DNA of 64,000 bases, taken from the NCBI GenBank assembly GCA_964187785.1, contig OZ076412.1:33232001-33296000 (forward strand), given 5' to 3'. The position numbers were made by a program, and so were the translations under genes. Source of the stretch: Amphiscolops sp. MND2022. Lineage: Eukaryota. Below the pieces are notes generated by a model, which saw only the letters and a program-made list of their open reading frames with translations, had not been told where the DNA came from and searched no databases. Below are positions 26,001 to 35,369 of this stretch, piece by piece; positions within the stretch are counted from its first letter, which is position 1, and the number at the start of each line of letters is the position of its first letter.

Positions 26001-27282
26001 ACATTCTGAATTCCGCATGATGCCGTGTGATCAGTATTCCAAAGCCGTATAACGCCGTAGCATGAATATGAAAAATCGCATAATAGCGTAGAACACGTGT
26101 ACTTTTCTGTTTTCATCGTTGTAATCACGTTCCTTTGGTGCATTTTCGATCTTTTAGTAGTAATTTGGCTATGTTTCAGACAATTCCGCCTTCTCTGAAG
26201 TTACATCCCAGTTTGGTTCGGGGTTCAGTTTGTACAATCAATTCGCCGTATTTGTGTACAGTCAGTTGCAGAATATCCTTCCAGATAGTGTTCTTGGGGA
26301 TATTTCTGATTGGGACCATTTCCTTAAACTTGATTTGAGTCGAGCTGATCTACCGTTCAAAACGCCCGATGAATTCGTCTTAAATGCTGACTACCACCGT
26401 CTTGTGGTGAGTAGCAAACTGCCTAGACCGAGCAAGTTTATTGAGCAAACGATCGCCTTTTGCAAATCCTTTTGTGGAATTCTGTTATCTCATGACATCA
26501 TCAAATCGGACTTAGTGCGCGGATTAGCCAGTTTTGATTCGGCTGTTGTTTTGGACGGAACTGAAGAGCATTACACTTCGGCTATAGAATACCTTTCGAG
26601 TCATTTCCTTGTGAAAGGGTGGATAACCGTCAGTGACAAAGCCAATGCTGTGAGCCAGTACCGGGCTTTCGTTACCAAGTTGCGGTCCATGCGCGTTGTT
26701 GATACTGCTGATTGGTTTCATTTCTTGGCCAGTCATTACGAGCTGCAAAACCGTCGTGACTTGCATCAACTCTTTCGGTATGCGAGTCTCAGTTTACCCC
26801 CTCTGTTTAGTTCCCCAGAACCTTTTGTGGTTCCGATCCCTGAGCTCGAATCTGATAAGGGGACCTTTCAATCTTGTGTCCACAGCCTACAGATGTCCTA
26901 TAGTTCAGTACCAAATGTGTCTAGTTTATATCGAGACACTCGTTCTGTCAGCCGAGTATTCCGACTGCTGGGGAGGGGTCATGATTTAACTCGTGACAAG
27001 AAATTCTCGATTTGGAATTTTCTGAAAGGAGGGGCAACCCGAAGGCAGAATTTATTGAACAGACTTGAGTCCTCGTATCGGGTAGCTGTTGCAAGGCCAG
27101 AAACTTTGTGTTTACCTACTGAGAGTGAACCTGATTGCAGAAGTGGATCAACCAGTAGTACTGGATCTCTTTCACCCAGGTCTTTCTTGGGGAAAGCTAC
27201 TTTGGCAGTACCTCGTTGTGAGGTAGTTGCTTCTGCCACGAAAGGACCAAAAGAGAAAGTGCCTAAAGGCAAGAAGAATTAA
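23046..27282 (+). CDS. Spliced gene antisense to element A: BED/C2H2-type Zn finger plus hAT-transposase-like body lacking the DDE residues (first exon unresolved)
   Basis: Exons 23046-24415, 24496-24981, 25054-~25350 and 26180-27282. GT-AG introns 24416-24495 (80 nt) and 24982-25053 (72 nt) join the ORFs in frame at phase 0. WWCRVCRVELSLMSRGVLELLSHYRTESH; C-terminal GLASFD..HF..W..YRAF..LFRY. Homologue in element B. Confidence 0.8.
25560..26090. repeat. Degenerate minisatellite, 65-bp unit made of 32+33-bp subunits, core CG(C/T)AT; probably intronic
   Basis: gaattcag units at 25787, 25852, 25917. Cores at 25803, 25836, 25868, 25901, 25933, 25966. Confidence 0.85.
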
Positions 27283-27459
27283 ATGAACTTTCTGTGATTC
27301 TTGTAAACTTACTTCGTTTTGTTTGTATTACATTTTGTTCTGTTTTTATCGTTTATAATAGCTACACCTGATTACAGGTGACTTGGTGTGTGGATGCATA
27401 TGAAAGTCTGCACTAGAAGGAAAAAATGAGAATGAAGATAGTTTCTGGGTTGTAGTTTT

Positions 27460-30400
27460 TTAGTATCTGTAAGAGTCTGAGTAGTTTGGGTTGGGATTAG
27501 GACGTAAGTTGTATTTTTCACTACGCGTATTCATGGGTTCTTCTTGCAATGGGGTATTTTGTGGGTTTTCTGGGGTTTTTTGAGTTTGTCGTTCTGGTGT
27601 ATTATCTTTTGGGGTTTTTTGGGAGATTTCTGTATCACCATCTTGAATTTCTTGCTGGATTTCATTATGGTTTTCTTCTTCGCGTTCAGTGGGCTGTTCC
27701 ACTGGGCTCCACCCGCTGTTTTTCGGAATTTTGGGGGAGGGAGGGGGGTTATTTTCAGGTACTTCAACGGGTACATATTCAATGTCATCAGTATTATGCG
27801 TATAATCTGGAGGGCTTTCCTCAAAAGGGTTAGGCCCCAAATTTGTGTTCCATGATTGGGCATATAAGTCATCGTGTGCCACTGGCATTTGATCATCTTT
27901 CTGCCAATCAGATTCTCGTACAAAGATATCGGCTAAAGGTGTTTGCGGCGTGAATTTTCTCAACCGGATTCTATGTAAGAGTTGTGTTTTGTTTGTACCT
28001 AGTCTCCTAACAATGTAGTTATTATTAGGAAGGACTTTTTCGACTTTGTACGGACCCTGCCATCTGAATTCCCGGAACGGTATTTTTGTTGCTTGTGTGT
28101 CAGCTTTCGGGTTTAAAATGTAGCAGTAGTCCGTTGTTTCTAACGGTGATGCTTTTGCTTTCCTATCATAATAGGCTTTGTACTTGAGATAAGATTGCAT
28201 TATGTTCTTTTTGGTCTGATCTAGAAGTATTTTCATTCGTCGTTGTAATTCTTCTGCAACGTCGGTTTGGAGTTGATATTTCGGATTAGGATTGTATCCT
28301 AATTTATAGTCCAGTATGTTGTGTGGTATGCGGCCATGGAAGACACGTGAAGGCTCGCAACCAAGCGACGCATGATAAGTTGTATTGTGGTTTAGTACAG
28401 CTAACGGGAGAAATTTATGCCAGTTATGCCGAAATTCTCCAGTTGCTGCTTTGAGTTGGGTTTTGACTGAAGCATGTGTTCTTTCCAGAAGTCCTATTGT
28501 TTGAGCGTGTTTCATTGTTGCATGTTTTAGTTCAACGCCTAGGACAGCTGTAACTTCATGGGTTACTTGAGCGTTGAATTTTGTGCCAAGATCCGTGATG
28601 ATTGTTGTCGGAAGGTATGTATGTTTGCATAATATGTCCATTATGACTCTGGCTACTGATGTTGCATTGATGCGTGTCACTGGATATGCAAACAGGTATC
28701 GAGAGAAAACATCGATCGCTGTGATTATATGGTCATATCCACCGCTGGGTGGTAGGTTTGGAAGAATGTCCATTTGAAGGATGTCTTCAGGGCCGAGGTC
28801 CCATTCCGGGCAATTGAGTAGTTCGGTCCTGAGGAGGTCGTTATTGATCCTTTTGGTTTGTATGCAGGTTTGACAATTACTTACCCATTTTTTAATGTAT
28901 TTTGCGATGCAAGGGTAGTAGTATTTTTGTCTCAGTTCTTGTATCATCTTTGTGATACCCGGATGGTTCGAGTTGTGTCCATGTAAGGCTTGGAGTAGTT
29001 CTTCTAGGAGTTGTGTTGGAAGCAAAATCTGATAATGCGAGGTGGTTCCAGTGTCTGTGTAGTATTTCCTCGTTAGAACTTCTTGCTTAATTTCGATTCT
29101 GGTTATATTTTGGAGGTAATGCTGGTATCTGTAGTCAGATGCTAAGTCGTTTTCATCAAAAGTGTTGCCTTCTATTTTGGCTCTGAGGTTCTGAAGTACA
29201 ATGTCGTTGTTTTGTTCGAGTCGGATTCTGGCGTTGTCTCGGAAATGTCCTACCGAGCAAGTGTTTAGGCCTGATGTCGGTTTGTGGAATTGTTGAAGTT
29301 CAGTAACATTGTTTTCTGGGTCATTGTGAGTTTCATTTTGAGCTTGGTTTCTCACGTTTTGCTTTTCTTTCCAAAGTTGGTTTTCATCAACTTCGTCATC
29401 AGGGAGGATGTAGATTTGTTCTTCTTCCACTGTACCCGATGATTGTATATTGACTTCTATTTCTTTCGTTTGGATATCATTTCTTAAGCTCATTTCGAGT
29501 TTTTCGACTGGGTTGACTTCCGTTCTGGATAGGAAATCTGCCGCAGTATTCATTGAACCAGCAACATGGGCAATTACAAAATTATATTGCAGGACGTAAT
29601 CGCATGCGTTCCATAGTGCTGAAGGAATAAGTTTTGCTTGAAAAAAGCGAGTAACAGATCTGTTGTCGGTGAATACTATGACTGGAAAGGTGCTTCCCCA
29701 CATGAGGTGTCCAAATTCAACAAAAGCAAAGTATATGGAAAGGAATTCTTTCGCATAGATTGACAGTTTTGTTTGTGTTGGGTTAAAGGTTTTCGAGCCA
29801 AATGCTATAGGTGCATAGGTTTTGCGTTTGGACTGGAGTTTTTGGTTGGGGTCGTCTTCTATCATGATAGCATATCCAGCTGCTGTAAAGCTTGCATCAG
29901 ACATGACTATGAGTTGTTTGTCTTTGAGAGGTTGTCTCAATGCTAATTGGCAAGAGTTTTCGAGTAGTTTGTTCAGGTTGGTGAAGTCTTCTACCAAATT
30001 CGTGGGTACGTAGAATTTCGAGGTTTCTTTAAGAAGTTTGAATAATGGGGATAACCGTTCAGAAAGTCTCGGTATGTAATTGCGGTAATAATTTAAGAAT
30101 CCGATATACCTTTGGAGTGCTTTTTTGGATTTGGGAAATCTCAGTTTTGATAAGAAGTCTTTGACTTTGTCAGCTTGAGGAGCGACGCCTTCAGGTGTGA
30201 TTGTGCGGCCTAGAAAGTCAACTTGCTTAACTCCGAAATGGCATTTGGACATTGTGAGTTTCAGACCAGCATTTCGGATGCATTCGAAGACCGTCCTGAT
30301 GTTGGCGCATAACTGTTTTGAGTCGTTTGCTGCTATACCAATGTCATCGACGTACTGGGCACATTAGTCGGCCTTGATCGCCTTATCAAGGTACTCCCTC

Positions 30401-32341
30401 ATGAAGCTTGAAAAGGCCGAGAGAGATCTGCTAAGTCCTTGGGCGAGTCGCCGATAAGCAAAGGTTCGGCTTGCGAAATTGAAAGCAAGCATCTGAATAG
30501 ATTGGTAGTCTGCCATTTGGAGGCAGTGGTAAGCTTGGGAGCAATCTAATTTGCAGAAAAGTTTCTTGCCTGTCATATGTTGTGCTGCATCCGACAATGT
30601 GCTTACCGGGTGATTATTATTGATGTAATCTTCAGTGATTAAATTGTTGATTTTCCTGAGGTATACAAGTAGTCTGAGGCGTCCATTTGGTTTGCGTTGT
30701 GCAAAAATTGGACTGGCGTATTTTGAAAAGGGTAAGGTTGTTATAATGCCATATTTGTGTAGAAGTGCTAGTTCTACCGTGATATCATCTTTGAGGTTGA
30801 TTGGTGTTGGTAAACTTTGGCTGTATGCTGGTCGATCGTCGTTTGGTGTGAGTTTGACTTTGAATTCACGATTGGTGCCGATGTCGAATCGATGTCTGGC
30901 AAAAATATCGTGAAATTCGATGAGGATTTCTTCGATTTGTTTTTGTTCTTCGGGGTTGAGCGTTGTGTCTGTCCAGTCAAAATTCGAAAGGAAAGCTTTT
31001 CTTGATTTTTCATTGTCTTGTGGGTTGAGTTGTTCAAGTTCTTTGAGCTCAAGGAAATCATTGTAAATTCGTTGTTGGATTGGGGTGTACGTTGTAGGAT
31101 CCCCTGGTTCTTCTGGTGTCGGGAACCAATAGGATTCTTGTTCGGGGTTTTGTGAAGGAACTTTCAGTAGTTCATTTATGTAGATCTCGGTTGTTTCTTC
31201 GTGTTGTATCATGAATGACAACATCGCTGGATCTACTGGTTGTATATGTTTTATTTGTTCTGGTGTGAGGATTTTGAAGTCTGCTAAATAGGGTGTCACA
31301 GATTATTGTATATGGAAGTTCTGAAAAGTTGATGATTTGGTACCCGATAGCATTATTGTTGACCGTACTAAGTGACGATGTGATGAAAATGCTGTCATGA
31401 TTTTCAAATTGTGGTGAAGGTGTGACTATTTCTGTTGCGTCGTGGTCCAACAGGTGGGGCATTCTGCTTGCTATGGCGAGAGTTTCGCCTGGTTGAAGGG
31501 TGTATGTATTTTCAGTAAATAATGGCGTTGTCTGACGCATTGTTACTTGCGTGTCTGGTTTTAGTTGCATTGAGAGGTATGGAAAAGTTAAGATGCCTTG
31601 TGTGACATCAAAAACTGCATTGTTTCTGCGAAGAAAACAGAGGCCAATGAGTGGGTTTGGTAGGTTTTTCATGATGATGAAATTTTCTCGTAACATGAAA
31701 TCAGCCACTTCGAATTCAAGTAGTACTGTGCCGATTGGTACTTCTAGTTGACCATTGGCTACCATAATTTGAAAATTTGGTGGTGGACCAGTATCTTTTA
31801 TTGCTTCATTGGCAATTAATTTGATTTTGTTTATGTCCTGTTCAGAGATTGCACTAGTCAGGGCTCCTGTGTCAATGAGTCCATCAAGTGTAAGTTTTTC
31901 GAAGTCCATTGGCATGTAGTACATGTGGCGTTTTCGTTTCAATGTTAGGGAGGTTGACATAGGTAAGTATGACAGGTTGCGTTCCTTGTCAAACTGGATG
32001 TGGTTTGTGATATCTTCGTCTAAAAGGGGTTGTTTTTGTTCATTGCAAGAGAAAGTGCTCGGGTGGTACATTTCTGGTGAATTTTCTGTAAGTGTAGGAG
32101 AGGTTTGGATGTTGACTGAGAGATACTTGTCAGGGGCATCTCTCATGAGGTCATAGTAGGATTCTTGTGGAAGTTGATTACTGTCTGAGTGTGTAGATGT
32201 TTGATGTGTGTAGTCTGGTTCTGTAGTCAGTTGTTTAGGTTGGATATTTATGGTTTCCACTTGACGCTGCCAGTCGTCTTGTGGTTTTTGAGGTGTTATT
32301 TGGGCGTTTTGGTTGGTAAGGCGTGGCGTTTCTAGTTTAAA
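27460..32341 (-). pseudogene. pol: Element A pol (protease, RT, RNase H, integrase), one frameshift and one stop
   Basis: LIDTGALTSAIS; YASPIFAQRKPNG; KLDCSQAYH; YVDD just after a premature TAA at 30364-30366; DASFTAAG, YAKEFL; HGHNSNHPG..CQTC; QMDILP, TDLG, ERTHAS; WQGPYKV. +1 frameshift near 31290. Confidence 0.96.
32335..32341 (-). promoter_or_regulatory. -1 ribosomal frameshift heptamer U UUA AAC at the gag/pol junction (also in the duplicate at 36426-36432)
   Basis: gat tta aac tag in the gag frame. A -1 shift gives FKLETPRL..VETINIQ, continuous with the protease ORF. Confidence 0.75.
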
Positions 32342-33438
32342 TCCTTGGAAGAAGATTGTTGAGGTCGTTCTATTTTTGGTTTTATGGGTTTTCTAGCTTG
32401 TTTGTAAGCTTCGATGACTTTCTTTTGAGCTTCTGTGAGATTCCACTTCGATGGTCGGTTTTCCATATTGGCACCGAAGTAGCAGTTTTCTTCTTCATGA
32501 CCTGGTGTATTGCAGTTTTCACATTTTTCTGCGTCCGGGTCCTCTTCAAGTTTACGTCGTTTTGCTAGCTTGGGGCAGTTAGCCATCATATGGCCCGTCT
32601 CCTTGCAGTAGCGGCACTGGTCATTTTTGATTGTCTTGTTAGGCACTGTTTTTGGAGTTTGTGTTTTAGAGTTTTCACTTTGCTTTTTGGTCGATTTTTC
32701 CACTTTTTGTTCTTTTTTAGTTACGGTCATTTGGGTTTTGACCGATGGTTCATCTGCTTCCAGACCGTTTAGTTCCATCTCCCTCTCGAGATGTTTTACA
32801 ATCTGGTCATATGTGCCGTTCTCAAGATAGGCTTGATTGATGGATTTTTTGAGGTGTGGGGGCATCTTTGCATAGAGTAAATTCTCTATCATCTGTTGTG
32901 CGTTGTCTCCGAACGCTTTTTCGGCACTCTCTTGGAGTTCTTCGAGGAAGTCTGGTAATTTTTGGTTTTCGGGGTCGAAAAAAGTCTATTGAATCGGTGC
33001 TTAGCTGAGGCACTAGATTCTGGTTTTACATATTTTCTACGAAAGACTTTCAAAATATCTTCGAGGGTTGTAGTTGGGGTTCTTTGTATGTTTTTGAAAG
33101 TTTTTAAGGCCAAACCTCTAAGGTGGGCGTGGAAGTGATTAATTTTCATGTCTTCGGTTAGGTTTGGTTGCATTCGGAGTGTTGTATGGAACAAATCTTC
33201 GAAGTATTCGAATTTTTCATTTTTCTCATTTTTGCCGTTGAATGTCAATGTATTTTACGGGTGGAAAAGTGATTGCGGTGTGTTTTTGTTTGCTAGTTTC
33301 TCTATTGCCTGGGCAATTTGATTTACTGGGTCAGAGGGTGTTTCCGTGAGTGTTGATGTTGGGCGGCCTGCGCGGGATCCAATGGTATCATTTAAAGGTT
33401 GAGAATTTTGTGAACTTTGTCTATGGAGATGTTTGTTA

Positions 33439-33451
33439 GCTCCTGTCACCA
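33439..33451 (-). promoter_or_regulatory. Primer binding site TGGTGACAGGAGC of element A (tRNA-Leu-like, inferred)
   Basis: Starts immediately after the LTR-terminal CA. The same 13-mer follows element B's LTR. Confidence 0.85.
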
Positions 33452-35126
33452 TGTGATAATCCTCATCCAGGCTTTCTGCATCAGACTCTTCGTCGGAATG
33501 GATTGTTACGTCTACGTCGGACTCACTTCGAAATATAGGTTTTGCAGGATGTTTGAGATCTCTCATTTTAGAAGCCCGAAGAGGATAATCTTCATTTTCT
33601 GAGTCTGAATTATTGTTATAAGATGCGTGTACTCCAATAGACCCGATTGTTTTGGATCCCGAAGGTTGCATGTTTTGTATAGTATTCTCTTCAGATCTCG
33701 GGTTTGTTACCGTAGACACACTTTTGTTGGACTTTATTTCTTTCAGAATTGCGTCTAACTTATTCTCCATCTCTTCTCTCATTTTTGCAATCCTATCATT
33801 GTTCTTTTGCTCAAAATTCTCAGTCCACGATTGGATTTTATTACTTAACTGACTAGGTTCGATCAATTGACTCCTGATTCCAACATCATCCAAGTTTTCC
33901 TGGGTGTTAGGATCTGTATTAGTTAAAGTAATATTACCTTCGGTTGGTGTTTCTACTAGAGTTTCATTGGGGCCCCTTTCTGGAGATGGGGTAGCCAATC
34001 TCCTGGACCTTCTACTCCTTTTGTTTCCCATTCTTCTCAAAGGAAAATCGTATTATAGTTGTTGGGGAAGAATTTGAATTTATTCGAGAGAATTATTCAA
34101 AACAATTCGAGTGATGAAACAAGATGTGAGCCAGAAAATTGCTTGTACAAAAGTCAGGTTGAAATGTGAGCAACTGCTTGGTGGGTGAATAAAATCACGA
34201 CTGAAAAAGGTCCCTTCAGATCTGCCTTTCCAAAAATATAGAAAAGATGACGATCGTTTTTACTGATATCATTGTTTAAAGAACTAAAAATAGCATAACG
34301 TCACATTCACATCATTCTAATTATATCCTTCAAGTTATGCTGCCATGACACCCTAAATATTATCAAGGGACCGTAAAACCCTAGGAAAGTAATGCTAGAT
34401 GCTGTCTAAAGCGTTTCAAGTATTATTAAATGAGTCAAATGATGCATGAGTGCAAAATGGCAAGAATATAGCTAAAAACGTCTAGTGACGTATATGCGGT
34501 ACACCACTTACCGCATGATAGCGCATATAATGCATATACATCAATATTCATTAATGAATAATAACGCATATACTTCATAATACACATAATGTAACCATTT
34601 GCACATGCGTTGTGAAAATTGCGTAATGACGTATATACGGCATCGCAAAAGCTGCTTAACGACGTATGATTTCATCATGAAAGCGTCTAATGCCGCACCT
34701 GCAGTTTATCTAATAATGTGTATCAACGTATAGTCAAAAACGCACAATGCCGAATATGCATGATTCAGATTTACGTATAATGACGCATACATACTACTTC
34801 AAAAGCGACTTTTAACGCTTGTACATCATACCAATTACAGCACTATGACGCATAATGTGAACGAAATTCATAGGAAAGAAGGTTTCACTCTAACATTTGT
34901 AATGAATCACGTATTTTAGCGCCTTCCTGCATTAATGACGTTATTTTACTAACTCAAAAGTCTCGAAATGACTCAATTACAAAGTTATATATCTAGAATC
35001 TTCATGACTTGATTAGAGTGAAGTAAAAGAAAAAACAAATGTATCAGTATTTGGAGTGTTTGTTTGGGTCGTTGTTTATCTTTCATTGATGCACTCCGGA
35101 TCCATCGCATCTCTGGGGCTGCGACA
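33452..35126 (-). repeat. 5' LTR of element A
   Basis: 1675 bp, TG..CA, flanked by the PBS and the TACCT TSD. Confidence 0.96.
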
Positions 35127-35369
35127 TACCTGCTACCATTTCATCATGCTACATTATTAATCTTACTCAGTAGCAAATGATCAGAGATAAAATACAGTTT
35201 TGTTACGATACTAAATTCTTATACTCTGAAGTTACAACAGTTATCGAAACAAAGTCTCACACTGCTGAAGAAAGTCGAAGGGGAGGGGGCGCTTTGCATG
35301 TTACGCTAAAAAGGAAAAAGTATTATAGTTCAGTTACCCGTGTCAAATGGTACAAATTGGCCCCTTAAA

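Larger units (their letters stand above)
32332..34031 (-). pseudogene. gag: Element A gag, initiating inside the 5' LTR; two CCHC knuckles
   Basis: MGNKRSRR..DEDYH|MVTGAN..FEYFEDLFHT..CRYCKETGHMMANC, CENCNTPGHEEENC. Stop at 33255 and frameshift near 32985. Confidence 0.92.
18427..35126 (-). mobile_element. Full-length 16.7-kb Ty3/Gypsy element 'A' with accessory gene cassette
   Basis: Two 1675-bp LTRs (TGTCGCAG...TATCACA on minus), 5-bp TSD TACCT (18422-18426 and 35127-35131), PBS, gag, pol, and a 7-kb region between pol and the 3' LTR. Confidence 0.96.
12781..35138 (+). mobile_element. Mag-like Ty3/Gypsy element 'D' (body 12781-18426; its 3' LTR is split by element A and completed at 35127-~35138)
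   Basis: 81-bp 5' LTR, PBS-like TTGCGCAGTCAG at 12862, PPT AGAGAGGGGA at 18341-18350, 3' LTR from 18352 about 89% identical by hand count. Very short LTRs are known for Mag-clade elements. Confidence 0.8.

Noticed and set aside
21975-26090. 32/33-bp periodic arrays as CRISPR
   Set aside because: Repeats are degenerate with no constant repeat/unique spacer structure, there are no cas genes, and the context is eukaryotic.
20058-27282. Accessory ORFs as retroviral env
   Set aside because: No signal peptide, furin site or C-terminal TM anchor is visible. One gene is antisense with a Zn finger and the other is acidic and disordered.
27531-31061. Numerous short plus-strand ORFs opposite element A's pol (and similar shadow ORFs elsewhere)
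   Set aside because: Shadow ORFs produced by the A/C-rich codon bias of the real minus-strand gene.
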